NCBI GenBank assembly: GCA_024704765.1 | Contig: JAKMXF010000102.1 | Coordinates: 1-47,379 of the forward strand | Length of the DNA stretch: 47,379 nucleotides | DNA from: Oopsacas minuta | Taxonomy: Eukaryota > Animalia > Porifera | Reading direction: 5' to 3' | Shown here: positions 10,644 to 25,350 of the stretch, piece by piece | Layout: the number at the start of each line of letters is the position of its first letter | How positions within the stretch are numbered: position 1 is the first letter of the stretch | Translations under genes and position numbers: made by a program | Notes under the pieces: generated by a model | What the model saw: the letters and a program-made list of their open reading frames with translations, nothing else | The model's database searches: none | What the model was told of the DNA's origin: nothing

Positions 10644-12475
10644 GTAACGTGAATACCAAAGCAATCTATCTCACTGGGGAAAAGAAATACGCACCGTGCC
10701 TCTCGTGCGGATATTGCACTTAAACATTCGTGTGGTGCAATTTCAGAAAGGAAAATGGGTAAACCAGAGTGGCATGAGCTCAGTGAAACTCCACCAGGAA
10801 ATGTGTAGCAAAAATGATTCTAAGCCGACTACATCAACACAACAGCCTCTGATTGAGCATTGCTTTGCCGCAGCGAAGTCGACTGAAACAAGAAATCCCC
10901 CAGCGTGGAAGTTGAAAAAATTGTGGAGGGATGAAGTAGTGGATCAGTTAAGTGAAAACCCAATAGTTTTCATTAACGCATGTGCTAACTTAGCTTCAGC
11001 TCTTTACTACTGGAACATTGGACAAACCAATATCACTGACGGTATGTTACATCTACTTTTTCCGGACTATATTTAGGATACAAATTAAAAATTCATAAAC
11101 GAATTTGTTTTCAAATGTATTATAGTAAATTAATTGGATTCTAGTTAATTAGTAGTCTGTACTTAAGTAAACATTCCAAACTAACTTCTAATAATCTTTT
11201 TCTCGGTATCCAAGAGAAAGGTACTTTCGCCCATTTACAACTCAAACAGCTATACATGTTGTTTTCACACTCTGAAGCGGCTGATATGTGTGTCTCTGGG
11301 ATAATGGATTTTTGGTCTGGGAAGCACATGCAACGAGTTGGATATGGTGGAATAATTGCTTGTGGATTGACAGATGAATGGAAGTGGTTTCAGTTTCCCC
11401 TTCGACTGGAGAACTTCGACCAAGTTCCACATGACTCGGAGTTTATTTTCAAAATCTTTGATGATGCATTTTGTTCGGCTGTGTAACCACGATATCCTTT
11501 CTTTGTAACAATTGACAATGAGAACAAGATCAAAGTTGCTTTCGATGGTCGATGGGATACAGCTAATCACACCTTTGAGATAGAATTGGTAGCGCAGAGC
11601 ATGCATTGTCAACGTCTCTCACAAACGTTCTCGACGCTGAACCAAAAGGGCACTGCAGTTTAGAATTAAAGGACCAGTTAATGGATAAAATAAACAATAT
11701 TGAAAGTTTCTATAACCACCGTAACGATAGGGTAAAAAATTTGGTGAGGGCGATACCGGGGAAATCTACTACCCGTCCTTGGCGTTCACATTATAACAGA
11801 TTCTTAGCTGCAGTACAAAACTATGTGGTGTATTTCAAAGAAGACGATAACTCCGTGATGGGTAATCTACCATCCTAGCTCTACTGAAGTCTGTGTTGAC
11901 TGTGATGGAACAAGTAAAACTCTTCCTCGACTGAGTTGAAGTGAACGACATAACATCATATCTGTCATTCGTTAATTATCTACTTCTTGACATGTTCTTG
12001 TTCAATCGCCAAATGAATGAATCTGAGCATGGTGTTACAAGGAATTTATGCCAAGATCTGCGAGGCCAAATGGAGCAAAAGTTGTGGATGTATTCTGGAT
12101 CTCCCTTTTCACAATCTGCTGCTTTTCTCTCAGGTAAGTACTTAATTAACGACAAAAACTTACATAAGTGGCATACACTAATTTTTACCCACCACTTTCT
12201 CTGCTAAGCAAGTTTCTACAACGTACTTTTTATTTTGTAGGTTTGGATATCTCGAAAACCATTCGAGGGTATATCAAGCAGCATTCTCGATCGAAAAAAT
12301 CGGTGAATAAAATATTAGCTACAAACTGGCTGAAAGTGTCAGGTGAACCAGGCTACCGTGTATATTTTGTATATTGTGGAGTATAAGGTATTCCGATCAT
12401 ATAAGTATATCGAGGTATACCGAATTCCGAACTCGATATACCTCGTTATACTACTCGGACTACTTCGATGTACTA
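10644..12475 (+). mobile_element. degenerate hAT transposon
   Basis: BED-like CLSC...HQEMC, then IMDFWS (first D), VTIDNENKIK (second D) and STTRPWRSHY (TRWNS-like), with multiple stops and frameshifts. Confidence 0.65.
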
Positions 12476-12605
12476 GTGAAAGTAATAGTAAGAACAAAAT
12501 TGAATTCAAATAAATAAAATTTGAAAATCTTACTAGTCTATATTCATTACATTACACCAGAAACAACGAGAAGATGGGGCAGGTTGGTTACACCAACATT
12601 ATATA

Positions 12606-13970
12606 CACTAAGTGGACAAAAGTATTTAAACACACACTGAACATTTCATAAATTGTTAGTACATAGTTTGGTATTAGTTCTTAGACGAATATAATAATAA
12701 TATGTGATATAAAATTATGTATTTTGAATGCATAAAACGTGTCTCACTGTTCCGAGGCCTAATACTTAGTTCCGTTTCCTTTCATTTGCTTTATTTGGTC
12801 AATTCTGATTGGAAGTCCATCGTACAACTTTCTTATTTCTTTTATCTGAAATTTAGCCACCCGTCTTTTAGTGCTTCCCGTAATTCCGTCAACGAGGTTG
12901 GTTGTTTCTTTCGATTTCTTATTGTCCTTAGTAATATGTCACATACACTTTCGATGGGATTCTGGTCTGGTGACTACGGAGGCCACAATATCTTTCTGAC
13001 CTTGTTCGACCCAAACCACTTTTCGACTATTTTCGTAGTATGGCAGGGAGCATTGTCCTGCATGAATACTGCTGCTTTGTTCTTCTTCTTGATTTTCCTC
13101 CAAAATCCTCGAAACGGATCTAAAATTCGAGAAATATACTCTTGACCATTTAAATTCCCACGAATTTCAATAAATGGCCCCATTCTATCATATGTAATAC
13201 ACCCCCAAAACATAATTGGCCCTCCAAACCCTTTGATAGTTTTTTGCGTGTATTCTGGGAGGTACCTTTCATGCGCTTGCCTCCAAACTTTCGCTCGACC
13301 GTCAGAGGTAAAAAGGTTAAATTTTGACTCGTCAGAAAAAATAAGTTTTTCCAATCATTGATTTTCCATAACCTGCAGTTTCTATAAAGATCTAACCTTA
13401 TTCTCCTGTTTCTCGTTGATTTGAAAGGTTTTTTGCAAGGTCTTCTAGCATAGAACCCTTGGTTGTGAAGACAACGGCTCACAGTCTTTTCGGAAACCGA
13501 GAACTTTTTGCCAGTATTGAAAGTTTCTGTGATACCTCTTAGACAAGTAGTGCGATGTTTTTTGACAATTGATTTTATATGACGGGCGAAACGAAATGAG
13601 AGCGACTTTGGCTGTCCAGTCTTTGTTATGTTGGTTGTTGATCCTGTCTTCCGAAACTTCTTAATTATATGATATATTGTAGAGTGTGTATATTAAGGCT
13701 AGTTACAATTTGTCTGTTTGACTTCCCAGCTCGAAACTGACCTACTGCCTGGTCTCTCAAAGAAAGAGGGATTTCCTTCTTCCTAGGCATCGAATAAAAT
13801 ATTTCTAAATATTATAGTTGAAATAATTAATTTAACTACAGAACATTTGAACAAACTATTAGTAGGAATAAATATTGAAATAGTAAGTAGGCATCAACTA
13901 CGTAAAATACCGAATATATTTCATGATGGGACTATAATATATCGTTGTTGGAATACTTTTGTCGCTAGTG
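12606..13970 (-). mobile_element. full-length Tc1 (DD34E) element, transposase pseudogene
   Basis: TIRs cactaagtggacaaaagtatt / aatacttttgtcgctagtg flanked by TA. ATG at 13790 (MPRKKEI), then FSDESKF and QDNAPCH...NPIE with 34 residues between D and E. Contains frameshifts and stops. Confidence 0.92.
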
Positions 13971-14189
13971 TATATGTTTGTATATATATCTGTGTCCCAT
14001 CAGTGGTGGCGCAGTAGCGCTCCACTGCATTACACTGAATAATTGCATTATAACAAAATTTTGTGTAGATTGCAGGATACCGTGTTCTATAAAAGTTTGC
14101 CTCCTGGAAATTAGAACGCCCTAAAAACAGAGACGGGTACACTAAGGTAGAACTAAACACTAATACTGCTAGTGAAGTCATAAATCTAT

Positions 14190-16780
14190 GAAAAGTGAGT
14201 CAAGTCGGCTGGCTCAGAACTTTCTGAAGAAACTAATTTTTCTTGCAATTCTTGGAAATCACACTTCTGAGTCACGAGATTGCTCAATTTAGAAGGGAAC
14301 ATGATCGAGTTTCCTCCAGGTTCCAAAGCTTGAGCCCACGTACTTCGTGCCTCAAAGTACGTTCATCTATTGCTTCATCTGCTGTGGTACCTCTTCAACA
14401 TCTATTTCTTCTAATATTTCGTTTAAAGAACAAGTAGCATCAAATCTATGGGAACTCTCTCAGAGAAGCGACACCTCTCAGGTTTTTCTCTATACAGCAT
14501 ATAATGAATCTTTATTAGGAGATGACTCGCTGTCGTAGAAACTTTGAGTGGACTTTTTTGATGTGGAGCAAGTTGTTTACCCATACTGAATGCTTTTTCG
14601 AGGACTTGCAGTGGTAATCCACATCCCAAATAACTCTAACATATAGCATTTGAATAATCCTATTGGTGTGCTGTCTTAATAGGTAATCTTATGAAAGGAT
14701 TAGTAATATAGGAACTACAATGCATCACAGGATCTACATCAATCAATTCTCTACTTCCGAAACGCATTGTCCAAGAGTCCCCTGAAGAAACACGAAATCC
14801 AGTATGAGTTTTATGCACTCAGTGACATCAGTTTCTGTGACTTTGGATCCATCCCTTTGTCTTCTTGCTAATAACATTTTTATGCCATCCTCAACAAACT
14901 TCTTAAATTCTAAATCAGTTGAAATTAAACTTCGTCTAAATCCAGGGCCGCAAAAATATGCAGTCGCGTTTAAACAAAACCTATTTTTCTGAATTAGGCT
15001 CTTCTCTTATCAGCGTATTCAGATGAGCATCACATTCGGTTATCACACGAAATCGTTCAACTTCTTTAATAGAGGACTGACAGATAGTAAATGCTATTAG
15101 GACAATAACTCCAATGTTTCATCCAAATTTGATTGAATCACTTTGTACAATGTCTAAAGCGATACAAATCAATTTTATTACTTCTAACAACTTAAGAACC
15201 CCATACCAAAACTCATTGCTAACAATTGCGTAGCTTATTAGTGAGAGTAACTTCTTCCGTTTTGAATATTCCTCAATGTGGTGACGGTTGATTATCACAC
15301 TTTCCAGAACATCATATGCTGAGTTCCAACGAACATCAGTTATACAAGCCATCTTTTTCCGAAGGCCACAATTTTCCTCTCCTACTCTCCTAAAGTAACC
15401 ATTTTTACTGCCAGCTTGTTAATTAATTGTTTTACGCCAAGAACAGCTCTTACATCATGGCACAACAAGTTTAAGAGATTTGCTGAACATCAAATGATGA
15501 ATGGGGGGGGATTTTTATCAGACTTTGAACTGAAAAGTAAGCGCGCGCACCTTGCCCCCTTAAAATAGTAGCATCTCCATCTCAAATAAAACTTAGAACA
15601 GGCGTTTTAGTCTTTCTGATATGGTTTGAGCCCATTGCAAAATCTGAATACAGTAATATTCGTGATCTCGAGATTCACCAAGCGCATAAATATGGTCGTA
15701 AAGAGTGTTACAAATTTCTAGCTTCCTCATCGAGGTGTAACACAGTATCAGAAAGGAACGAAGGAGTGAAGCGTATGTAACACTCCTACGCGACGGATCA
15801 ATCCAAGTATCCACTGCTATTTGTGCTGACTTCCAGTTTTTAACAGAATTTTCTATTTCAAGTTTAGCCATTTGATAGAGGCGAGGGATGATGACAATAC
15901 GTAGCTTGTGAGCTGTAGGCATGGGACAATGTGGAGAAATTGTAGAACTAAATTGTTTAACAACATCCAACTCAAGCCCATCTTCCGGCATGAACAATTG
16001 GACAGCAAACTTGCCAGCTAGGTCTTCTATTCTTCTGACTTAGTCATTTGTTGTTGGTGGTGAAGGAAATTCACACATATTGTTAGTGGTGACTACTATT
16101 TTGGTTGCATCATGCTGATCGAATTGAGTTGTAGAGACAACTTGATAATCTTGCTAGCATGAATTGTTAGAAGAAATAAGTTATTTCTGGGAGGTGGACA
16201 ATCAATAACTGAATGTAATAATCTAGAGATTTGGAGAGGATAATTTTCCTTGAGCTTTTCTTTGAAAGGACAATATTTAGAAGATAGTCAATTATTTTGC
16301 TGGTGTGCGCTGAATTGATATTCACAAGAGTACAAGTGCCAATGTGTGTGAGACCGCGAGAACCAAACACATTTTTGCCACGCTGTTTTGATTTTGTTTT
16401 CTTTGCTTGATTTCGAGGTTTCCAATAATCTTGTAAATCACACATAGAGTCGTGAATTTGTGCCTCAAGTTTCTTCACTTTTTACAATCGAATCAATCAT
16501 GTATATAAGAGAGGGGACTGGCATGCTGAGAATCAAGAGAATAGAGCACGTAGCCTATACACGTTACCATGTGTGAAATTTTACTGCCAATTTTAAATGG
16601 CTTTTCATATCAACGTAATAAGGACTATGTGGGCCTCTTTGGTTGGCCAATACGGAGATTCGAGTTACTTATGGTCCTTCCTTTCGATTTTGATGAATCT
16701 TCAGGTCTGCTGATAGAAAGTTCAATCGATTCATCAATCATCTTCAGATTGCATAAAACAAATATTTAATTATCATATCA
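14190..16780 (-). mobile_element. degenerate hAT transposon
   Basis: Ordered fragments IAVDTWIDPS, CITDVRWNSAY and LEKAFSMG (dimerisation-domain-like). Termini not resolved. Confidence 0.7.
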
Positions 16781-17104
16781 TATCACATAGGATGGAAGGC
16801 ATAAATTTCTTGAATAGTAGCCTAGGAACTAGTATTACACCTACATTTGGCCTTTTATGCTTATGAACACTAACTACAACACTGTTTAACGGCCATATAG
16901 ATGACTAATGAGAAACTTTTAATAAATAATAGATTTATGAGAAAATTGTGCGAATAATTTGTTCTTGCATTTGTAAATAAAAATTTAAGGTAAGTTCTCT
17001 CTATGGATTCATCAGATATACTCATGGGCCTAACTGTATTTTACATCGTGTGTGTTAATAGTACAAAGATACATCATCGTGATTCATGAAGTATATGTGA
17101 TCTT

Positions 17105-17245
17105 TGGAGGTATATTGGGAGTATATTGGAAGTACGTATATTGGAGGTATATTGAAGGTATATTGTGGTATACCGAAAGTTTATATTTTTCTGGTATAAT
17201 TTATATACCTAATTATACCATCGATATACTTCCTCGAGTGTCTAT
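17105..17245. repeat. GTATATTG(G) tandem array, probably a hAT-type subterminal region
   Basis: Five GTATATTG units at ~11-15-bp spacing followed by ggtataccga, a motif also seen near 12415. Confidence 0.5.
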
Positions 17246-19813
17246 AAAGTTACAGGAAAACTAAAATCAACGATTTAAGTACAACAACTAAACCATTACC
17301 AATATTTAAATATTTTGACCAATGAAATTCACACGAAATCGGGAATTTCTATCACTTCACGATTGAAAGAGGGAGGTAAAATTATCTGAAAGAGAATGCA
17401 TTAAAGCTGCACTTTTCACATCATCAAGGTAGCAAAAAAGCTCTAATATTTAGAATTAAATAATTTTTGGTAGGAAGAAGCGATATAAGGAGGCAATATA
17501 ACCTGGGGAGGCAAAAATACCCTGCGGCAAAAAGCAGATTTCGACAGTACCAAAATGGCCACGAATATAGCAACATTATAAAGGATCATCTGCCAACTTG
17601 ACAACATTTTTGCTATTATTACTTTACTCAAAATTTAGATAATTGATACATGGAACTTTACGGAACCATACAATTTAAAGCAAATTTTCATCATTACTGT
17701 CTTACATTAAATAATGAAATTTCGAGTAATCAGAGATTATATCGCCTCACACCATGCGAATTCTGAAACGGATGTGTTTGTATGCCCCGGAATAGCAATC
17801 CCTATAATGCCTTAGTATTCCATCCATGTTAGCTAATATTTCTCATATTTTATGCCTTTGGGAAACTCAAATTCTTAAGATATTTTCATTCTTGTATATT
17901 GTCGTGTTCTACAATTTTTCCAGCCCGCCATATTGTGAAAGAAATTTCCTTACCAATACGTTGAACATGTTATCTAATCATAAATAACGTATATGTATAA
18001 TTATATGATAAATTATAATCACATTTTGTAGCATGCGTTGTTTCGTTTTAGTTTATGAGTTTATCCGATGTGTTTACATGGTGACGCCGAAAATGATTTT
18101 GATAGGCCGCATACTTTGGAATTACAGAGAAACGAGTAAGAGGATCTATAACAGATATTCCTATCGTAACTAATAATGTGGTTAGTGGAAGAGTGCTTAT
18201 TTGAAAATAACAAGTGGTTTTCATGCTTACTGAAGTAGTAAAACCCCAATATATTATTTTCGGAGTATTTCACAATCGAATAGTTTCCTTGGGAAACATT
18301 TCTTACCTTTTTTGATTTCCATCACGTACATGTATTTGATCAGAACTAATCATGAAAGTTAGACCGTAACCCATAAAATTCTTTATTGTACAAAATCAAT
18401 TCAATGTATATATTCTACCAATCATCTAAATTTCTATTGATTAACACATCATATCATATACCAATATAGTAAATTCATTGCATAATTCTTGACAGTAGAA
18501 TTTCATATGAAAGCAATTGTGTCAAATTGTTTGATATGTTTTCAGAAATTTGATTCTACTGAATTGAGACCTATCATTCTGGATCAGAAAATGTTGTTAT
18601 ACAATCTATATTCAAATGAAATACGCAGATGAGGAAACTAAGTGGTCATTTTTCCGAAAAAGCTATGAAGGTTGTGCCAAGACACTCTCTCATCATGTTG
18701 AAGGTCCTACTAGGTATAAACTCCTTGTTCTTTGCACAATCGCAACCGAAGATTGAAGAATAATGCGGAATCACCTTCACATCAGGTATGCATGATCTCC
18801 AAGAGAAGTGTTGGGCAGTCTAAAATTAAGAATGCAACTCAAATGGAAGAATGTATTGATATACCTGAATCTGAGACTAAGAGATGCGCCTGAGGAATGT
18901 CCAAATGCTCTACCTCTACAATTATTGATCTTGCAGACCAGTCAATATTGTCCAGAATATACTAAAATTCTTGAAGAGAAAGAAAATATTGCTGAAGATA
19001 TTGTTGCAAATTTTCTGCTTTAACGGATTGATAAGGACAATTTAGCAGAAATATCGGTTGATAATCTGCGTGTGAGTTTACTTCATGGGCCTTATGGTAG
19101 TATACCAGTGCTGCCAAGTGAATTGAGAAAAATTTACGGAGATTGACCGATAAATTTTCGTAGAAATCAAATTATTTACGGAACATTTTAACATCCCTTA
19201 ATGACCCCCAACTGGTCTTGATTTGGTTTTACAAATACCATTAGCTAACAACTTTTTATTAATAATTATTAATAAATGCAGATTTATGGACGCTTTCGCG
19301 TTGTAAACAATAAGCTATAATCACTACCAGCATGCAACAAACTATCAAAGTAATATTTTATATGGTCGTACATACTTTGAGAAAATCACTCGTACATTTC
19401 CGAAGTCGGTACAAACGTTGAGGAAATTTGAATATCGACCTTCATCATTAACAAAAGTATTACACGTACATGTAATTCGCTTGAAATACGTAGAAATAAG
19501 CCTTCATACGTAGATACTTAGATAGCAGTCAATTATACGTAGTCTACATATATTTACAGAGACTTGGCAGCACTGTAGTATACATGTCCCAAACTTCAAC
19601 GATAATGCTCCTATTGAATTACAGCAAGATCTTGCTATTTCCAACCGTAACTCTCATAAATTTTGCCATATTTATTCATAAGCATGGTGTGAAAACTCCT
19701 AGCCTTACCTCTATCACAAATTCAAATGAGAGAAACCACTTCAGATCTCTTTGCCCAGAAAACTCTCTTGTTAGAGCAAAAAATCAGCAATATTTCAAAG
19801 AGAAGGGTTAACG

Positions 19814-21184
19814 CAAGCGTTTCTCAACCTTTTCTGTCGGTCGCTCCCTTCGATGATCGGGCCATCCCTCATCTCCCCTCTCGTCTATTCCGTTTGTATA
19901 TTAATTTATATTACCAAATACTAAGACATAATATGTTTAAATTTATCATTTGTATAAGTTTAGTGTGAAGGTTGGGCCTGGTGCCCAGTTATAAGATTTT
20001 TCAGATCGGGACTGAATTTGATCAAGAAGAGCCGAAGGTAACCACGCTTGGTTGTCTCCAGCCTATTCCTCTTCTTTGTGAGAAGTCCAACAACGGCTGA
20101 GAGACCCTTCTCCACGAGATACGATGTTGGAAAATACAATATCATCATTTTTGCGCGGGCCCATAGAGCAGGGTATTGATCAGCAATATTGCACCACAAA
20201 ATGTTGTAGTATTGTTCAGGGAACGAAGACTTCACTGTATCATCGCTATGTAAATCAATCAGTGATTCCTGAAGTTCAATAGGTACCTGTTGCTGTTGCA
20301 AATTGCACGAATACGGCGGATAATCCATCCAGGTATCTCCATATTGATAACGTGGCGAAACGTTCTACAAAATATTCCTTAAGATTCTCAAGATGATCCC
20401 AGAATCTTAGAAGATCTTCAGTTGAGACCTGATTTTGTATCAGGTTTGGAAACTGTCGGAGTTAGCCGCCACTTACATTGGATTTGAATAGTTTTAGTTT
20501 AGTAATGAATGATGGAATAACAGTAAGACATTCACTATAGTCATATTATTTCCCTGTAGTTGTTTGTTAGACTCATTCAGTATGAAGAATATGTCTGAAA
20601 GATATGCCACATCGTTTTCAGGAATATCAGTTTCTCTGCTGTCTCATTATCTTGCAGCGTCTCCTCAAAAACTCTATAACAGTATCGTACAGTACGTAAA
20701 ACCTTGTCAGACAGACTCCTTTAGATAGCCAACGAACCTCAGTATTGAGTAACAACCGCTCAAAGTCCTCATCGTTATCCTGGCATAAAAGGCGGAAAAG
20801 GCGATCATTCAAGGAATTAGCTTTAATTCTGTAGATGCACTTGATCATGAAATTCAGAGTGTCATGCAGCTCACGACTGAGGTGTTTAGCCGCGAGATGG
20901 TGGTATCATAAGATTGTTGCATTATTTATCGCATCATCTAGAATTTCAGTCGAAACCAACTATTGTATAAAAACAATATTACGTGATTAACAAACACTAT
21001 GTATCCTAATATGGATAATTATATGGATTTGTGTTTTCTAATTACAATTACAATTACATAATTATTTCGGTCGGATATTCCAGCTTCAACCTGTGCAGAA
21101 TGAAACCATCATTCGTCGCTCCCAGTCGTTTTATTGCCACCTTATCGCCCCTGAACGTTTTATCGCCCACGTTGGGAAACACTG
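19814..21184 (-). mobile_element. internally deleted hAT (Buster/Charlie, ZBED5/SCAND3-type)
   Basis: TIRs caagcgtttctcaac / gttgggaaacactg with 8-bp TSD GGTTAACG / GGTTAGCG. Protein fragments NTEVRWLSKG, FPTSYLVEKG and HQAQPSH. Confidence 0.92.
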
Positions 21185-22170
21185 GGTTAGCGTATGTATG
21201 ATACCACTGTTGTTTATTGTACTAATGTAGGAGAGATATTTTGTTGAGTTGAATCGATCCGAATAACTTAGTCTGTGCTAAACCGTTGGGGTTGTGGTCA
21301 TGGACAAGGACTGTTAAACTTCTTAGTCCAGCCTACCTATGAATATCTTATGGCCTAAATCTATGAATATCTGTAGTACATAGCATATTCCTTTAGAAGG
21401 AGCTGGAATTCCCCAAATTGTGATTATAATCAAGAGATGTTCGAAATTCTACAATTAAAGTATTTTGGGAATGATGCTATGGCAAACCATGTCATGGTGT
21501 AAGTTCACTTCAACTGTTAAAATTTAGTAATCACATCATTGCGTTTCCAATAGCTGTTGTACATACTCAGATATGTTAGAGAGAGAAACTATTTGTTCGA
21601 ACCGCGAAAGGAATCTTACAAGAGTTACATAATATATCTTTTCAAATGAATTTATTTACCCTCTGGTAGGTCCGCCGCTTCAATTCCACCGAGTTCTTAT
21701 ACAGGGAATGATAGTGCAAAGTTAGTTAATAATTACATGAACATCGAACCCAACAATTTTCAAATCTCAAACCATTGATCCCTGTTCTAAGAGCTGAATC
21801 AAATCTAATTCACCAAGTATTGGCAAAACAATTAAGGGAGATTGAAAGAATGCTATTAGTGATTTCAGAAAGCAGTATAATCTCATACGAAAAAACTAAC
21901 AACAAATTGCAAACAAGAATATAGCAATGAAAATTATATCGTGGAATTTTGCGCGGTAATCAATGAATTCACAAAACCAACACCTTAAATTCATTTTTTA
22001 CATTATCACCTTGAATAATTCCTGGATCATGTAAACTGCAATCAAGAAACTGCCTTGTCCTCGGTTTTGTCTCGGAGCAAGCTACGTAACTCGCCATCAG
22101 ACTTTTGCTAAATACCATCCCAACTTTACGGAGAATGTAAATTACTACGTGCTATGTAGCTTATAATATA

Positions 22171-22462
22171 GGGACGTCGCCACGGGGGGGTAGGGAACAA
22201 TGCCCCTGGTAAAAATCCGAGCCCTGGGTCAAATGCCCCCCTGGTAAACTCGTGCCCTGAACATGCCACCGAACCCCTTGTCTTAAATTGTAAACTGGAA
22301 AATTTCGGTTCTCATCTCACTCTCAATATTATTTAATCTCACTCATAAATAAGGGACATAGCTTGTATTCATCTACCGAACTAGTTAATACTTTCGAGAG
22401 TTTATGCCCTGGGAAAATGCAGGGTTTTCTCAGGCCGTTTTGACGTATCGTGCCGGCATCCC
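22171..22462. mobile_element. 292-bp MITE
   Basis: 14-bp TIRs gggacgtcgccacg / cgtgccggcatccc and internal (a)tgccc(c)tg repeats. TSD unclear. Confidence 0.65.
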
Positions 22463-23253
22463 TTTAGTTTTTAAAATGTCTAGGCACCTATTGCAATACT
22501 GGGCCACTATACTAAAGTCGGCACAGTAGAAAGTAGAATTGACCATACAGGCTATAATATCAAGGATTATCGTACTACTTTTCTGCTCGATGCTTCCATT
22601 GATATAATATGTATTGATAACTTCTCGTTGTTTGTTTAAAGATTACACTATTCATTCCTAAATATATCTGAGAAATTGTTTCATGATTCAAACCTACATG
22701 GAAGTACAAAGGCATTTAATGTAGTAACTGTTATAGCTTATTGTCCAAAGTCTTCGAGCCTTTCACGATTGGAAGACCTACAACACCTCAGACCCTCAGC
22801 TGCAGTAGCTTCGTACATATGTAACTGTGTCATACCCAAATATTTTCCGAGCTACACATCATTACTCAGCCAGAAAAAAACAACTTTTCTGGTGCAATTG
22901 CAGACCAAACGTTATTTCTTTCAATTGTTTGGCTCTTGGACTTTACAGATTATTTACAGCGCCCATAGGCTTTGAAATCTGGAGTGCACAAATTCAGTCT
23001 AATAGGAAACATCTAGAACTTGTTGACAACTAGATTGAATTTGTGCCGCCCATATATCAAAGCCACAACGCAACTGACCCGCTGGATGGTTCTACCCAAC
23101 TAAAATTGATTGCTCCTCCACTGGGATATCAACGGGAGCTGTTCATTCCATACTTATCGATGAGCTGAAAGTTAGCAAAATTTGTTCGAGGTGGATCCAC
23201 ATTCCCATACAAAGCCCAAAAAGCACCGTCGGGCAACTTGTGCAAGAAAAATN

Positions 23254-24856
23254 CTTACATTCTGCAGACTGAGCATCGAATTTCTTCTGCTTATCATCTG
23301 AAACAAATGGACAACTGGAGAGAGATAACCGTACCCTGAAATCTGCATTGGTGAAATTGGTAAATGAAAGAGGTGATGATTGGGATATGTATATCTCAGG
23401 AATACTATTTGCTTATCATGCAAGCATTCATGCTTCTACGAAATGTACTCCATTTCAAGCGATGTATTCTCGTACTGCGAAGCTACGAATTGATTTGTCC
23501 ATTAAACCTCCAAATCAATTGAGCAGGCGAACCCAAAAGTTTCACAAGCGTTTGGCATGATGCGGGATGCTATCAACGCCAAAATTAATCTTAACATCAC
23601 AAACGCATAGAAACATCAAAAAAGCGCAACTTTGATGACCGTCATTCTAATAGTAAAGTGTTATCACCTGGCACAACTGTGTACAAAAAAAACTGCTAGC
23701 AAATACATCGAATGGGATCGAAAATGGAACCACGCTGGATGGGTTATTATAAAATCATTGAGTTGCTAGATAAAGGATGTGCAATCCTAGAGATTATTAA
23801 CACAGGTAAGAAACTAAAAAATATATATAATATTGCAAATTTTAAGGTTTATGATTCAAATAACAAAGCTGAAGATGGTAAATCAAAGAAAAAGGAAAAC
23901 AATTTCAATATCACATTTTAAGATTAAGAAACTAGAGTGTACGGTTGAGCTAGCTTTAATTGGAGTTAAACAAGGAGTTAAACAATTCAACCCAAACAGA
24001 CTGTTTTTCTCTAATTTCCGCTGAATCTAGAAAAAATGTTGCCAATGTTCTCAACTTGAACATATGCAAGACCCAATACTTTGGAAAACCTGGCTACCTA
24101 TCTAAACCAGAGCAGATATACCGAACTAAAGGTGATGGTAATTGCTATTCCCGAATCAATAACCACATCCTAACAAGTCCAGAAGATAGCCATATAATAT
24201 TCGTAATAAACTTGTCCATCACATGAGTGGTAGTTTGAGTGAAACACTAAGAAAGTTTTTTCTCAAACGGTTACGAATTATGTCAGCGAAAGTGCCATTG
24301 ACTCCAGTGTTGTTTGGGCAACCGAGGCAGAAATACTGACCACAGCTAATCTTATTCAACATGATATCGTTATGTATGCGAAGAGTAGGGATTCTAAGGA
24401 ATGGCTTACATGCCCTGCATCTTTTACATTGACAAAAACAACAGAAACTACATTGTATCTGGAAAATTTAGCTGAACACTTCAACGTAGTCATTAATATA
24501 TAATGATGTTAGAAACATAGACAATATTTTTCCTATCTGTTCATTAGTACCCTAGATTCATTATTGTTTTCGCACAACTCAACACACCTTATATTCATTA
24601 TTGTATTAGCAGATGATTTAATAGAACTATTTGAACTATAAGCTCATTGGGGATATTTACGCAGGTTATAAACTAGGCTAGGCTAGTTTATACCCAAGAT
24701 GTTAATCTAGGCTAGGCTAGTTTATCCCAGGGGGTTAAACTAGGCTAGGCTAGTTTATACCCAGGGAGTTAATCTGGGCCCAGAAGGTATAATCTGGGCT
24801 AGCCCAGTTTAAACCTTGGGGTATATTCTGGATGGAGGTTAATCTAGGTTGCTACA
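23254..24856 (+). mobile_element. Ginger1-like DNA transposon, 3' half (Gypsy-type integrase, GPY/F module, OTU domain)
   Basis: HRISSAYH..TNGQLERDNRTLK, PRWMGYYKI and GDGNC...HFNV. Ends ...ctaggttgctACA with a subterminal tandem array. No RT or LTR seen. Confidence 0.75.
24665..24850. repeat. subterminal tandem array of ~33-bp near-palindromic units
   Basis: Three copies of (aaa)ctaggctaggctagttta(t)accca plus degenerate ctgggc(ta)gcccag copies. Confidence 0.85.
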
Positions 24857-25350
24857 CCGAATTAAAACCACCGCAAACTACTGATGTCCAAGTTTTAAAT
24901 CCTCAATTTTACACTCCGAATATAATTTCGTTAAATGTTATGCCCTTAGAGGAGCGTCGGCGTTCTTAGTTTTCCCTCGGCGCCAGTCAAAGATTTCTCA
25001 TTGCTATAAATATTTCAAATTTCATTAATGTAAATCCCTAGCCTCCCCTAGAAAAACTCATGATCTAGATGTATATTATTACGCTTTATGATTTAATTTT
25101 GTGTGCCTTGTTAAACCCATTTTGAAATTATCGAAACCTAAGAAGTTCGATCTGAAATATTTGTGATATTCTTTACATATCGGTATCAATTCATTCTATG
25201 GTTCCGTCCATTTTGAAAAGTTCAGCTTTTGGTATCTATAAATTTCTTAATACGTACTTGACATACACATACACATTTACCTCCTAATTCTTATGGTAAA
25301 CTTTCCATTAACAAGAGACTATATTTTCAAATTTTGCTTTAATCTTGTAG

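Noticed and set aside
18600-19150. FLYWCH/MULE-like remnant
   Set aside because: Similarity is only impressionistic, with no catalytic motif found.
21200-23252. P-element- or MULE-like coding relics
   Set aside because: Scattered weak resemblances in several frames, with no termini or ordered motifs.
23254-23921. Gypsy LTR retrotransposon
   Set aside because: The integrase is followed by OTU and a TGT/ACA-type terminus, with no RT, RNase H, PPT or LTR; Ginger fits better.
24665-24850. CRISPR-like repeat array
   Set aside because: No unique spacers and no cas genes, the context is eukaryotic, and it abuts a transposon terminus.
24950-25350. Complementarity between the two PCCA intron halves, as in Giardia-type split introns
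   Set aside because: By eye I found nothing longer than ~7 bp complementary to 36387-36750. A formal IntaRNA/RNAduplex run is still needed.
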